This document shows positions 1-11,107 of a DNA stretch of 64,000 nt, in pieces. Position 1 is the stretch's first letter; each line of letters starts with the position of its first letter. Position numbers and translations under genes: made by a program. The notes below the pieces were generated by a model. It saw only the letters and a program-made list of their open reading frames with translations, ran no database searches and was not told where the DNA came from. This DNA is from Tubiluchus corallicola. Taxonomy: Eukaryota > Animalia > Priapulida. The stretch lies in the NCBI GenBank assembly GCA_030141605.1, contig JAQGDQ010002404.1, positions 16,984-80,983 on the forward strand, read 5' to 3'.

Positions 1-532
1 TCCGAACTGTTTTCCCTGAATCTAAAACACAAATATGTGTTGTTCATCAAATCCGTAACGCAAGCAGATACGTGGTTTGGAAAGATAAAAAGGCATTTAC
101 AAAAGATATGAAGCAAATCTAATGCCCCTACAAAAGAGGCTGCAAAAGCAGCTTTAGAAGATTTTGCAGCAGCTTGGGAGGATAAATACTCTTACGCAAT
201 TAAAAGCTGGCGAGACAACTGGGAAGACCTAACAGTATTCTTTGAGTTTCCGCTGGAAATCATAAAGATAATTTATACAACCAACCTGATTGAGAATCTC
301 AACGGAAAAATCAGAAAATACACAAAAAACAAACTTTCATTCCCGTCAGACCAGGCTGTAATGAAATCTGTATTTTTGGCAACCAGAGAAGCAACTAAAA
401 AATGGTCAATGCCAATCAGAAACTGGGGCATTGTCTTGAATCAGTTCTTAGTTATATTTGAAAAAAGGGTCCAGCTATAAATAGCCAAACCCTCGGTATT
501 TTTTTAGTTTACACACTTTGTGAAACAGTGTC
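1..532 (+). mobile_element. IS256-family element, 3' part (truncated by window edge; transposase frameshifted)
   Basis: Nearly identical to the reverse complement of 6265-6798. Transposase stop TAA at 478-480, end IR ...TTTACACACTTTGTGAAACAGTGTC ending at 532. 2-bp deletion near 120 (CAAATCTAATGCC vs CAAATCTATAACGCC). Confidence 0.92.
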
Positions 533-567
533 AGATAGTGCTAGATAGTGCTTTTTTTGGAGTTTCG

Positions 568-1065
568 CTATTTTTCAGGCTGGCTTTTAAACTCGCGCTT
601 CAGGTTGATCATTTTTATAGCTGTAATGGCAGCTTCGTCTCCTTTATTTCCCAATATGCCGCCGGCGCGATCCATTGCCTGTTGCTGGTTGTCGGTTGTA
701 AGCACTCCAAAAATAACAGGGGTATTACTGTTTAAGTTCACCTGCATGGCTCCTTGCGTAACACCTTGGCATACAAAGTCGAAGTGGCTGGTTTCTCCAC
801 GAATTACACAGCCCAGCAATATAATGGCATCAACATTGGTATATTTTGCGAAAAACTGACCTCCCAATGCCAACTCAAAACTGCCCGGAACATGTTTAAT
901 TATAATATTATCATCACCAATACTACTCTTTTTTAGCGTTTTCACCGCTCCTTTTAAAAGGGCACCGGTAACTTCGCTGTTCCATTCTGATACAACTATG
1001 CCAAATGTCATAAGTTCGATGTCCGGCACGGATTGTATCTCGGTAGACTTGCCTTTTGTAACCAT
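568..1065 (-). CDS. ribH: 6,7-dimethyl-8-ribityllumazine synthase
   Basis: Motifs GIVVSEWN, VPGSFEL, GCVIRGETSHFDFV, PVIFGVLT, GNKGDEAA. Confidence 0.97.
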   Translation of the reverse strand: MVTKGKSTEIQSVPDIELMTFGIVVSEWNSEVTGALLKGAVKTLKKSSIGDDNIIIKHVPGSFELALGGQFFAKYTNVDAIILLGCVIRGETSHFDFVCQGVTQGAMQVNLNSNTPVIFGVLTTDNQQQAMDRAGGILGNKGDEAAITAIKMINLKREFKSQPEK

Positions 1066-1156
1066 ATTAAGAGTGTTTTTGTGTAATAGTAATCTCTCTC
1101 TTTCCCCATTTTGTTCCAGAGGGGGCCCTGTTGATATGGTATGGTAAGTTTCCGGA

Positions 1157-1852
1157 TTACTTGCTTAGCATAATATTGGTGCGTGCAATATATTTGTCTA
1201 TATGCCTTCCTTCTGCAGAGTCGGGGTATTTATCCCTGATCTGTTCGTACGCCATCAGCGCTTTTTGCAGGTTGCCAATCTCCTTATATGTTACAGCAGC
1301 TTTCATCAAATAGATAGGAGAGGTGAGCTTATTATCGCTTTGTGTGGCAGCCTCCATATATAGTTTTGCTGCTTTTTCATATTCACCTATTTCGGAGTAT
1401 GCATCTCCTGTAGCACCTTTTGCAACAGGTCCCAAAAGCTTATCTTTTGTGTGAAATTTTTCCAGAAATTCAATAGCGTCTTCAAACTGTCCGAGGCGCA
1501 GGAATGAAATTCCTGTGTAGTATAGCGCCAGTTTTCCTGATTTTGTATTGCCAAAGTCATCTATGATATCAAGAAATCCCGGATAATTACCATCGCCGTT
1601 AATAGCGAGGTCAAGCGAATCTTTGCTGAAGTATCGTTCGGCAACAAACATTTGCTCACTGGCAGTTTTTTGGCGAGGAAGGGTGTAGAAACGGTGTGTA
1701 GATATTAAAATCACCACTGCTGCAACTACTATCACTAATACAGCCGTGATGGCTTTCCTATACTTTTCAAAGAGCTGTTCCGCGGAAGTTAGTGCACTTT
1801 CAACCTCTTGTAAGTTGGTGTCAATTTTACTTTTTTTGCTTGCTTTGCTCAT
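1157..1852 (-). CDS. Membrane-anchored tetratricopeptide repeat protein (YfgM-like, conserved upstream of ribH in Bacteroidota)
   Basis: N-terminal TM helix followed by TPR-like helices. Start moved to MSKASKK (1852), downstream of a TACTTTTG -7 box at 1901-1894. Confidence 0.85.
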   Translation of the reverse strand: MSKASKKSKIDTNLQEVESALTSAEQLFEKYRKAITAVLVIVVAAVVILISTHRFYTLPRQKTASEQMFVAERYFSKDSLDLAINGDGNYPGFLDIIDDFGNTKSGKLALYYTGISFLRLGQFEDAIEFLEKFHTKDKLLGPVAKGATGDAYSEIGEYEKAAKLYMEAATQSDNKLTSPIYLMKAAVTYKEIGNLQKALMAYEQIRDKYPDSAEGRHIDKYIARTNIMLSK

Positions 1853-2324
1853 ATTCTGATTCAAATACTTTTTTAAAATAGTTGTGATAGGGACAAAAGT
1901 ATATCTTTTTGCCGAACAGATTTCTATTTTTTCCATATAATTTTACGGAGCTACCAGATTGAAAATAAAGTTTTAAATATGTTTATTTAAAAAGAGCCCT
2001 TTGCAAGGCGAAATATTTTGACTCTGATTTAGGAAAAATTGAATAATAAATCACTCCTTGTCACTGCGAATTATGGGATTGGTGAAATATAAATTGGTGA
2101 AAAGATGGGTTTTACAAAGAGTCTCTCAATGGGCGATATCATAGTCGCGGTACGAGATGGTGAGATAGCGAGGGTAACGGACAGCTGGCGCAGCTTAATA
2201 CTTATTGATAAGTTCCTGATAAGAAAAATATGGGTATATTGCCGAAAGCGGTTATTTTTGGCCAAAATGTATAGATGTAAGGTTTAGCTTTTGTTGCTCA
2301 ACACTGGAAATTATCATTGTTTTT

Positions 2325-3431
2325 ATGCATATAAGTGAGTTATCTGTTGTCAATTACAAAAATATTACTGAAGCCAGGCTACAGCTTTCTTCAAAGCTGA
2401 ATTGCTTTATTGGTAATAACGGAGTTGGCAAGACCAATCTTCTTGATTGTATCTACTACCTTTCGTTTTGCAGGAGTTATTTCAACGCTTCCGATATTTA
2501 CAATATAAAGCATGGGGAGGAGTTTTTTATTCTGCAGGGTAGGTACATGAAGGGAGAGGATGGGGAAGAGGAGGTACATTGCGGGTTGAAGAGGGGGCAG
2601 AGGAAGAGGTTTCGCCGCAATAAGAAGGAGTATCAGAGGCTATTGGAGCATATTGGTGTATTGCCACTTGTCATGGTTTCCCCATCCGATGTACAGCTTA
2701 TTCTTGGAGGAAGCGAGGAGCGCAGAAAGTTTATGGACAATGTGATATCCCAGTCTGACCGTACCTACCTTAGTTGGCTGGTGAGGTATAATAGAGCTGT
2801 TTTGCAGAGGAACAGCCTACTTAAACATTTTGCAAAGAATCATGTTTTTGACGCAGCTGGCTTGGAGGTGTGGGATGAGCAGCTTGTAGCTTTTGGAGAA
2901 AAGATATATAAAAAGAGAACAGAGTTTCTTTCGGATTTATTACCGGTATTTCAGAAGTATTACCAGCTTGTTTCTAAGGGAGGTGAAGAGGTCTCTCTTA
3001 AATATTTATCACAACTGGAGAGTGGCGGGTTCAGGGACATGTTGAGAGAGGCTCTTCCTAAAGACAGGATATTGCAATATACTTCAACGGGAGTCCACAA
3101 GGATGACTTGGATTTAAAACTGGGTGGTTACCCCATAAAAAAGCTGGGTTCACAGGGTCAAAAAAAGACATATCTTATTTCGTTGAAATTGGCGCAGTTT
3201 GAGTTTATAAGCTCGGTGAGTGGGGCAAAGCCTATACTGCTTTTGGATGATATTTTCGATAAGCTTGACAGTGAAAGAGTAGAGCAGATTGTAAGCCTTG
3301 TCTCCGGAAACACCTTCGGGCAGATATTTATTACTGATACAAATAGAGAGCATCTTGACAGTATTATATCCAGCTCGTTGGACGATTACAAGATATTTAA
3401 TGTTACAGGCAGCGGGGTAGTTAGTGGTTGA
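2325..3431 (+). CDS. recF: DNA replication/repair protein RecF
   Basis: Walker A GNNGVGKTN, GSQGQKK signature, LLLDDIFDKLD. Confidence 0.97.
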   Translation: MHISELSVVNYKNITEARLQLSSKLNCFIGNNGVGKTNLLDCIYYLSFCRSYFNASDIYNIKHGEEFFILQGRYMKGEDGEEEVHCGLKRGQRKRFRRNKKEYQRLLEHIGVLPLVMVSPSDVQLILGGSEERRKFMDNVISQSDRTYLSWLVRYNRAVLQRNSLLKHFAKNHVFDAAGLEVWDEQLVAFGEKIYKKRTEFLSDLLPVFQKYYQLVSKGGEEVSLKYLSQLESGGFRDMLREALPKDRILQYTSTGVHKDDLDLKLGGYPIKKLGSQGQKKTYLISLKLAQFEFISSVSGAKPILLLDDIFDKLDSERVEQIVSLVSGNTFGQIFITDTNREHLDSIISSSLDDYKIFNVTGSGVVSG

Positions 3432-3451
3432 ATACAAAAAATGTATTGAAA

Positions 3452-3742
3452 ATGCGCAGGAATAAAGCGGTGAAGTTTGGTAATGTTATGAAGGATCTCT
3501 TAAAAGAGACTGGAATAGAGGAGAAGCTATCTGATGCCAGGAGTGTGAGCGCGTGGAGTGAGGTGGTAGGAGAGGTTATTGTAAAGGCAACAAGGAGTAT
3601 TTATATTAGGAATGGTGTACTCTATGTGCATCTCTCTTCTTCAGTGGTACGGAATGAACTGTTTATGATGCGACAAAGAATAATAAGTGATATAAACAGC
3701 AAGCCCGGTGTAAGCAAGATAAAGGCAATAGTTTTGAAGTAG
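3452..3742 (+). CDS. DUF721/DciA-family protein
   Basis: Directly after recF; W..VVG..I...T..IYIRNGVLYV.LSSSVVRNEL pattern. Confidence 0.85.
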   Translation: MRRNKAVKFGNVMKDLLKETGIEEKLSDARSVSAWSEVVGEVIVKATRSIYIRNGVLYVHLSSSVVRNELFMMRQRIISDINSKPGVSKIKAIVLK

Positions 3743-3830
3743 GTGCGGAGGCAGAGGGTATAGTGTACCTTTCGGTGTTTTATTAGAGGCAGCAAACAAG
3801 TATAGTAGATGGGTGTTTTAAAGGATATAT

Positions 3831-6233
3831 ATGGATAATGGTGTGAGAAAAGTTGGTGTTCTTCGTTTTATTATTTTGCTTCCCCTGTTTTTGGGAGCGC
3901 TGATAATTGTAGTTTTTTTTTCATGTGTCGGCCGTGGAGGGAGGAGTACCGGGCATACTGAGCCTGATGTTTATGCAGGATCGGAAAGCTGTAAAGAGTG
4001 TCATGAGGAGTTTTACCGCCTGTGGTCGACATCGCACCATGGTAAAGCGATGCAGCCGCTAGATGAGAGTTTTACTTCCGACAAGGTTCCCGAGATGAGA
4101 GAGTGGCAAGAGGTTGAGGGTGGGGAGTTTAGGATAGTGAAGCGCGAAGGGAAGTTATTATATGAGGAGCGTACCGGAGATAGTATTAACGTTTATGAGG
4201 CTGTTCATGCTATGGGTGGCAAGAATATTTTCTATTTTCTTACACCACTGGATAAGGGTAGGCTACAGGTGCTACCTTTGGCTTATGACCTTAATCGGGA
4301 AGAGTGGTACAATACCCAGGAGAGTGCTGTCAGGCACTTTGTAGAGGTAGTGGAAGATGAGGCACTACCGTGGAAGCATTATCTGTATACGTTTAATACA
4401 ACTTGTCACAGCTGTCACGTTAGCCAGCTGGAAAATAATTATGATCTGGAGTCCGGCACCTATTTTACTACATGGAGGGAACCCGGTATCAACTGTGAGG
4501 CGTGTCATGGCCCGTCAAGGGAGCATGTCGATGTTTTTCGCAATGCGAAGGATGGAGAGCATCCTGATGACTGGAAGATATTGTTGACATCAAAGTTTAC
4601 AACGGAGCAGCACAATTCGACATGTTCATCATGCCATGCGAAAATGTCGCCGGTTACAGCCCATTATCAGCCGGGTGAGGAGTTTTACGATCATTTTAAT
4701 CTTGTAACCCTAGACAATATTGATTATTACCCCGACGGTCGTGATCTGGGCGAGAATTATACTTACACGAGCTGGAGTCAGAGCCCTTGTGTTCAGGCAG
4801 GAGCGGAGTTTCATTGTGTTACGTGTCACACCTCATCGGGGCGTTATCGTTTTGCCGAGGAGGACCACAATAATGCATGTATGCCGTGTCATCAAAGTAA
4901 GGTGGAGAATATAGAGGCTCATTCATACCATCCGGCAGATAGTAAGGCGGGGCAGTGTGTGGCGTGCCACATGCCAAAGACCGAGTTTGCCAGAATGGTG
5001 CGTAGCGATCACTCTATGCGTCCGCCTATGCCTGCCGCAAGTGTTGAATTTGGTTCCCCAAACGCGTGTAATATTTGTCATGAAGGCAGAGATGCTGCTT
5101 GGGCAGACAGGGTGGTGCGTAAGCGGTATAAAAAGGATTATCAGGCTTCGGTGGTTTATGTTGGTAAGCTGATAAAGGAGGCGAGAGATAATGATTTTAG
5201 CAGGGTAGGGGAGATGCTGAGCTATATAAAAGAGAATGCAGACAAGGAGGTGTACACAGCGTCGTTAATAAGGTTGGTTGCCCGCGCTACTGATGATAGC
5301 AAGTGGGATGTTTTCAGGGATATGCTGTCTGCTGCCGAGTCGCCACTGGTTAGGATAGCTGCTGCTGAGGGGCTTGCTTCCGATTTTTCGCCGAAAAGTA
5401 AAAGTGTACTGTTAAGAGCATTAGATGACAGATATATGGCTGTGCGCATGGCTGCTATTTCATCATTAACACTTTACCCCCGAAGCTCTTTTTCACGGGC
5501 GGAGCTTTTAAAGCTTACTCCTTGTTTTGAGGATTATGAGGAGTTGCTTACTGCACGTATTGACGAGTGGTCGGCACACTATAATCTGGGTAACTTTTAT
5601 ACTCAGCAGGAGCGGTTTGATGAAGCGCTGTCTGCTTACAATATTTCGGCTGGGTTAAATCCGGAAGCGGTGCCTTCATTAGTGAATGCGGGATATGTTT
5701 ATGGTCTGGTTGGCGACTACGCCACAGCAGAAAAGAGGCTTGTACAGGCTCTTGTGGTTGCTCCTGATAATGAGGCTGCAAATCTTAACTATGCCCTTTT
5801 GCTGGGTGAGCAGGGACGCATGGGTGAGGCTGAGACTGTATATCGCAAGCTTATGGAGATAAACCCCAAGTCGGTTACTGCCGCATACAACCTTGCCGTT
5901 ATTCTATCCAAACAGAACATAGATGAGGCTCTGGTCTTTAGCGAGCTTGCTGCCCGGCATGATTCGGACAACAGTCGTTACAGCTATACATACGCCTATT
6001 TCCTTTTGCAGGCCAATAAAGGTTTGGAGGCTGAGAAGGTATTGCTACAGCTGATAAGCGATTTTCCGGATTATGGAGACGCGTATGCGCTGCTTGCCAA
6101 CTACTATCTGGAATCCGGTAGTGTAGACAAGGCAAAGAGTGTCTATACTAAAGCGTTGGAAGAGCAGAGTATTCCTGAAAGTGTAAAGCAGGCATTTGCT
6201 CGTAGCTTATTGCAGCTTAACGGTAGCAGGTAA
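3831..6233 (+). CDS. Multiheme (8 CxxCH) cytochrome c lipoprotein with HEAT and TPR repeats
   Basis: CKECH, CHSCH, CEACH, CSSCH, CVTCH, CMPCH, CVACH, CNICH; hydrophobic signal with FFSC lipobox; PLVRIAAAEGL HEAT-like and AHYNLGNFY TPR-like segments. Confidence 0.88.
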   Translation: MDNGVRKVGVLRFIILLPLFLGALIIVVFFSCVGRGGRSTGHTEPDVYAGSESCKECHEEFYRLWSTSHHGKAMQPLDESFTSDKVPEMREWQEVEGGEFRIVKREGKLLYEERTGDSINVYEAVHAMGGKNIFYFLTPLDKGRLQVLPLAYDLNREEWYNTQESAVRHFVEVVEDEALPWKHYLYTFNTTCHSCHVSQLENNYDLESGTYFTTWREPGINCEACHGPSREHVDVFRNAKDGEHPDDWKILLTSKFTTEQHNSTCSSCHAKMSPVTAHYQPGEEFYDHFNLVTLDNIDYYPDGRDLGENYTYTSWSQSPCVQAGAEFHCVTCHTSSGRYRFAEEDHNNACMPCHQSKVENIEAHSYHPADSKAGQCVACHMPKTEFARMVRSDHSMRPPMPAASVEFGSPNACNICHEGRDAAWADRVVRKRYKKDYQASVVYVGKLIKEARDNDFSRVGEMLSYIKENADKEVYTASLIRLVARATDDSKWDVFRDMLSAAESPLVRIAAAEGLASDFSPKSKSVLLRALDDRYMAVRMAAISSLTLYPRSSFSRAELLKLTPCFEDYEELLTARIDEWSAHYNLGNFYTQQERFDEALSAYNISAGLNPEAVPSLVNAGYVYGLVGDYATAEKRLVQALVVAPDNEAANLNYALLLGEQGRMGEAETVYRKLMEINPKSVTAAYNLAVILSKQNIDEALVFSELAARHDSDNSRYSYTYAYFLLQANKGLEAEKVLLQLISDFPDYGDAYALLANYYLESGSVDKAKSVYTKALEEQSIPESVKQAFARSLLQLNGSR

Positions 6234-6264
6234 TAACGAGCTCTTCGCAAAGTTCACGTTTTAT

Positions 6265-7602
6265 GACACTGTTTCACAAAGTGTGTAAACTAAAAAAATA
6301 CCGAGGGTTTGGCTATTTATAGCTGGACCCTTTTTTCAAATATAACTAAGAACTGATTCAAGACAATGCCCCAGTTTCTGATTGGCATTGACCATTTTTT
6401 AGTTGCTTCTCTGGTTGCCAAAAATACAGATTTCATTACAGCCTGGTCTGACGGGAATGAAAGTTTGTTTTTTGTGTATTTTCTGATTTTTCCGTTGAGA
6501 TTCTCAATCAGGTTGGTTGTATAAATTATCTTTATGATTTCCAGCGGAAACTCAAAGAATACGGTTAGATCTTCCCAGTTGTCTCGCCAGCTTTTAATTG
6601 CGTAAGAGTATTTATCCTCCCAAGCTGCTGCAAAATCTTCTAAAGCTGCTTTTGCAGCCTCTTTTGTATGGGCGTTATAGATTTGCTTCATATCTTTTGT
6701 AAATGCCTTTTTATCTTTCCAAACCACGTATCTGCTTGCGTTACGGATTTGATGAACAACACATATTTGTGTTTTAGATTCAGGGAAAACAGTTCGGATA
6801 GTATCTGTAAAGCCATTCAAGTTATCTGTTGCCGTAATCAGGATATCGTTAACTCCACGGGCTTTCATATCGGTAAGTACGTTCATCCAAAAGGCAGCGG
6901 ACTCACTCTTGCCCAACCATAAGCCAAGAACCTCTTTTTTCCCATCTCTGCGAAGTCCTACGGCAATGTAAACGGTTTTGTTGACGACCTTAGAGTTCTC
7001 CCGCACTTTAAATACAATGCCATCCATCCAAACAATTAGGTATACAATTTCCAGAGGTCGGTTCTGCCACGCTACAATGTCGTTGGTGACTGAATCGGTA
7101 ATCCTTGATATGGTGGATGTAGAAACTTCAAAACCGTATAGCTCCCGAATTTGCTCTTCAATATCGCTATTACTCATTCCTTTAGCATAAAACGAAACAA
7201 TGATATTCTCTAAGCCATCGACCATGTTCCCTCCTTTGGGTACAATCATCGGATTAAACGAAGCATCACGGTCTCGGGGAACCTGAATGTTGGATTCTCC
7301 CAGAGTGGTTCGGACTCTCTTCTCTGAATAGCCATTGCGGGCATTCTGATTATTCGATTTTTGATTCTTATCATAGCCTAAATGACCATCGAGTTCTCCT
7401 TCAAGCATCTTTTCAATGCCTCGTTTTTGGAGCTCTTGTAAAAAACCATTGAGCTCTTCCCCTGAATTAAACTGTTCAAGGAAATCATCATTTAATAAAT
7501 CTTCTTTTTTCATTACTGTCTAAAGTTTTAAAATTAAACAAAAAAATGCCGAGGGTTGCAACCCTCGGCATTTTCTATTTACACAGTTTATGAGATAGTG
7601 CT
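6265..7602 (-). mobile_element. Complete IS256-family element (1338 bp)
   Basis: Imperfect ~25-bp terminal IRs (GACACTGTTTCACAAAGTGTGTAAA / AGCACTATCTCATAAACTGTGTAAA); 8-bp target duplication CGTTTTAT at 6257-6264 and 7603-7610. Confidence 0.95.
6317..7513 (-). CDS. IS256-family (Mutator-like) transposase
   Basis: [35 protein letters not shown] motifs. Confidence 0.96.
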   Translation of the reverse strand: MKKEDLLNDDFLEQFNSGEELNGFLQELQKRGIEKMLEGELDGHLGYDKNQKSNNQNARNGYSEKRVRTTLGESNIQVPRDRDASFNPMIVPKGGNMVDGLENIIVSFYAKGMSNSDIEEQIRELYGFEVSTSTISRITDSVTNDIVAWQNRPLEIVYLIVWMDGIVFKVRENSKVVNKTVYIAVGLRRDGKKEVLGLWLGKSESAAFWMNVLTDMKARGVNDILITATDNLNGFTDTIRTVFPESKTQICVVHQIRNASRYVVWKDKKAFTKDMKQIYNAHTKEAAKAALEDFAAAWEDKYSYAIKSWRDNWEDLTVFFEFPLEIIKIIYTTNLIENLNGKIRKYTKNKLSFPSDQAVMKSVFLATREATKKWSMPIRNWGIVLNQFLVIFEKRVQL

Positions 7603-7694
7603 CGTTTTATTAGCACTTTTATCAGGATTCTTTTTTAAGCCATCATTTTTGGACAGCCTCTTTGTGCGACTATTGAGCAGTGAAAAAGTTTTGA

Positions 7695-8687
7695 CTAATC
7701 GTTGACATCCTCTTCTGTATCCTGTCTGTCATCATCTGCAATTGATTCCCTCATAAAGGTGTCAGCGCCTATATTTTTGTATTTCATATAGTCCATGACA
7801 CCAAGGTTGCCACTCTTAAACGCTGTTGATATTGCTAAAGGAACCTGAGCTTCCGCTTCAATTACTTTTGCGCGTGCCTCCTGAGCTTTCGCCCGCATTT
7901 CCTGCTCTAGAGCGACTGCCATTGCGCGACGTTCCTCTGCTTTTGCCTGAGCTATGTTTTTATCTGCATCTGCCTGATCCATTTGAAGGACCGCCCCTAT
8001 ATTTTTACCAATATCAATATCTGCAATATCAATAGATAGTATTTCAAATGCTGTTCCTGCATCCAACCCTTTTTCTAGCACCAATTTTGATATTGAGTCG
8101 GGGTTCTCCAGCACCTCTTTGTGGGAATATGAGGATCCAATTGAGGATACGATACCTTCTCCCACTCTTGCCAAGATGGTCTCTTCTCCTGCTCCTCCGA
8201 CAAGCTGCTTGATGTTTGCCCTTACTGTTACACGAGCTTTGCAAATAAGCTGTATTCCATCTTTGGCAACGGCTGTAACTGGGGGCGTGTCAATGACTTT
8301 TGGGTTTACTGACATTTGAACAGCCTGAAACACATCTCTTCCCGCCAAATCAATTGCTGTGGCCATGTTAAAAGACAAGTCAATATTGGCTTTTTCGGCG
8401 GATACGAGAGCATGAACAACGCTTTCAACCCGTCCCCCCGCAAGGTAATGAGCCTCCAGTTGATCCCGCATTACCGCTTTCAGCCCGGCCTTATGTGCTT
8501 CTATCATCGCTCTTGTAATAGTACCGGGAGGAACCTTCCTGAATCTCATTAGAAAAAGTTGCAGTATTGATATGTTAACTCCTGAAACAAGAGCAGAGAA
8601 CCATAACCCTATCGGGATAAGGTAAACAAACAGCATCAGGAGTACAATTATCCCTACAAAAATTCCAATAATACTTGCCATGTCCAT
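7695..8687 (-). CDS. floA: Flotillin-like protein FloA (YqfA/UPF0365)
   Basis: [58 protein letters not shown]. Confidence 0.93.
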   Translation of the reverse strand: MDMASIIGIFVGIIVLLMLFVYLIPIGLWFSALVSGVNISILQLFLMRFRKVPPGTITRAMIEAHKAGLKAVMRDQLEAHYLAGGRVESVVHALVSAEKANIDLSFNMATAIDLAGRDVFQAVQMSVNPKVIDTPPVTAVAKDGIQLICKARVTVRANIKQLVGGAGEETILARVGEGIVSSIGSSYSHKEVLENPDSISKLVLEKGLDAGTAFEILSIDIADIDIGKNIGAVLQMDQADADKNIAQAKAEERRAMAVALEQEMRAKAQEARAKVIEAEAQVPLAISTAFKSGNLGVMDYMKYKNIGADTFMRESIADDDRQDTEEDVND

Positions 8688-8690
8688 AGT

Positions 8691-9167
8691 TTATCGACTT
8701 TTTATTTGTTTAATAACTAATTGATTTTTTAGCACTTTAATTACTTTTACCCTCTCTCCTGCATCAATCAGGTTTCCGGAGGTTTTACCTTCATACACAT
8801 TGTTGTCTACCAATATCTTCCCTATAGGTGCCAGCCTTGTTAATGCAACACCTCTGTCTCCCTGCTTTACAGCCTGCTTGTCTATTTGAGCTGCTTTGCC
8901 TGTAATAGCAGAGCTTAGTCTCATTTTTTTTCCCAACCTGCCTTTAAAGAAGCGGTAGAAAATGATCGGGGTTACTATTGTGACAAGAAGCAATGCAAGA
9001 ACACCTCCCCATATGCCATAGTTGACAAAAGCCAAGTATGTACTATACACAAATAATCCCCCCCCTGCAATTCCGAAAACAGTCACACCGGGAATAACCG
9101 CAAGCTCTATAATGAGTAGCACAGCTCCCAGAAGAATAAGTCCCAATATTATAACAATAGAGTTCAT
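8691..9167 (-). CDS. Short NfeD-family membrane protein
   Basis: Three TM helices then OB-fold motif G..GVALTRLAPIGK; directly upstream of floA, the usual arrangement. Confidence 0.88.
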   Translation of the reverse strand: MNSIVIILGLILLGAVLLIIELAVIPGVTVFGIAGGGLFVYSTYLAFVNYGIWGGVLALLLVTIVTPIIFYRFFKGRLGKKMRLSSAITGKAAQIDKQAVKQGDRGVALTRLAPIGKILVDNNVYEGKTSGNLIDAGERVKVIKVLKNQLVIKQIKSR

Positions 9168-9193
9168 ACAAGAAGATTAGAGTTAAAATCACA

Positions 9194-9469
9194 TCATCTA
9201 ATTTCAACGTTGAGGCCGTATGCACCAAGTGCGTTCTCCATAGGGGCCAAATTCTCTTTTAACCCCTCTTTGATTATGCACTCACCCTTGTAGTGTGCAA
9301 TATATGTGCATTGCGACGCCTGAGTTGTATCGTGGTTACATACCTTTGATAATGTATTAGCTACATGGTCAAAAGTGTTATAGTTATCATTGTAGAGTAC
9401 AAGATACCTGTTTCTGGGTTCAATACTTCTGTTTACTTCTTTATCACTCTTTTTTTCCTTAATAGTCAT
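9194..9469 (-). CDS. clpS: ATP-dependent Clp protease adaptor ClpS
   Basis: LVLYNDNYNTFDHV and QASQCTYIAHYKG. Confidence 0.9.
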   Translation of the reverse strand: MTIKEKKSDKEVNRSIEPRNRYLVLYNDNYNTFDHVANTLSKVCNHDTTQASQCTYIAHYKGECIIKEGLKENLAPMENALGAYGLNVEIR

Positions 9470-9879
9470 AAATATTAATATTTAATGTTGCTTTATTACT
9501 GACTATTGCCCTATTGTCGAGGCGTTGCTGCAAGGTAGTAATAAAAAATTGTTACCCCAAATTAATTTTGTCGGTTTGTTTTAAATCAGACATTTAATTG
9601 GCGGTGATTTACTTTCAGCAGGGGTATGTGAGGCTTTGTTTAACAGAACTGAGGCTCCTGTGAGCACACTTTTTTATTAATACTATTTTTTCTTCAGATC
9701 TTTTTATTTATATCGGAATTACGGTTGGTTCTCTCTTCATCGTTATAATCAATTTTTTTGTTTTGCAAGAGCCCCGGCTTGATTTTGCCCATCGTGGGTG
9801 TAATTTTATATTTTTGTTTATTCGAGGCTGTAAAAAGTAGTTTTTTAAACTCGGTATTAATCCCGGAGGGCAGAGTCAA

Positions 9880-11025
9880 ATGAGGTTGTGTTATAAGCGT
9901 GTATTGATTGTTGTGCAGTTTGTATTTACTGGATATGTATATGGGCAGAATGTCTCTTTTAACGGGCAGGTTGACGGATGGATAACATTGAAGCTGCACG
10001 ATAGTTTTGGAGCGATGTCAGGTGCCAGGTATATACCTACTTTGGATTTTGAGTATTCCGTTTCAAAAAGTAGCCTGATTGACGTAGAGGCTTCGGCGAA
10101 TATTTTTGGAGCTACGGAGTATTTTGACTGTGACTTTAGCAGTAGTGGTGATATCAGGCCGTATCGGCTATGGTGCCGTTATAGTGGCGATAGACTGGAG
10201 GTGAGGGGAGGGCTTCAGAAGATAAATTTTGGACCTGGCATGATGCTACGCCCTCTTATGTGGTTTGATCAGATTGACCCGCGTGACCCTTTGCAGATTA
10301 CTGATGGGGTGTATGGAGTGCTGGCGCGTTACTATTTTATGAATAGCGCCAATGTATGGTTGTGGGGATTATACGGCAATGGTTCTGTCAAGGGGTGGGA
10401 AGTGGTGCCTTCAAAACGCAATCGTCCTGAGGCAGGTGGTAGGATACAGGTTCCTGCCCTGTCTGGAGAGGTAGCTGTTTCGTATCACAATCGTGAGGTT
10501 GATTTTGAGAAGGTGGTGGGGGTGATTGGGCGTGGAGAGGGAAGAGTTGTTGAAAATAGGGTTGGATTGGACGGAAGGTGGGATATTGAGGGAGGGCCGG
10601 GTTTGTGGTTTGAGAGTGTTATCACAAATCAGAGTATGCCCTCCGGTTATTATCCCTGGCAGAGGCAGCTGTGTATTGGAGCTGATTACACCTTTAAGGT
10701 CGGGAATGGCCTCAATGTGGTACATGAGTTGTTGTGGGCAGATGTGTCAGGGCGGGCTTTTGGTGGTGGAGAGGGAGGATTGTTTTCCGCCCTTTTGTCA
10801 AGTTACCCGCTGGGATTGTCAGATAATATTGTGGCGATAATATACTATGACTACTCGAATAGCGGCTGGTACCGGTTTATAAATTGGCAAAAGCAGTATG
10901 ATAGCATTGGTTTGCATCTTGTACTTTACTGGAACCCCGAAAAACTCAATGTTTACGGAGCTGCCGGAAACACTGCCGCCTTTCAGGGAAGTGGGGTGCA
11001 GTTTATGCTTGTGTTTAATCACTAA
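9880..11025 (+). CDS. Putative outer-membrane beta-barrel protein
   Basis: Signal peptide, alternating aromatic beta-strand pattern, GLQKINFG..LRPLMWFDQIDPRDPLQ motif, C-terminal FMLVFNH. Confidence 0.7.
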   Translation: MRLCYKRVLIVVQFVFTGYVYGQNVSFNGQVDGWITLKLHDSFGAMSGARYIPTLDFEYSVSKSSLIDVEASANIFGATEYFDCDFSSSGDIRPYRLWCRYSGDRLEVRGGLQKINFGPGMMLRPLMWFDQIDPRDPLQITDGVYGVLARYYFMNSANVWLWGLYGNGSVKGWEVVPSKRNRPEAGGRIQVPALSGEVAVSYHNREVDFEKVVGVIGRGEGRVVENRVGLDGRWDIEGGPGLWFESVITNQSMPSGYYPWQRQLCIGADYTFKVGNGLNVVHELLWADVSGRAFGGGEGGLFSALLSSYPLGLSDNIVAIIYYDYSNSGWYRFINWQKQYDSIGLHLVLYWNPEKLNVYGAAGNTAAFQGSGVQFMLVFNH

Positions 11026-11107
11026 TTTTGAGCCTGATAGCAAATGAGGCTTGGTGTGTGGTGGCGTTTCTTTTCGTTAATATTATTTTTTCTTCAACCC
11101 ATTTATT

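Noticed and set aside
2071-2287. Small ORFs between the TPR gene and recF
   Set aside because: No recognisable motif; overlapping opposite-strand 60-64 aa ORFs in a divergent promoter region.
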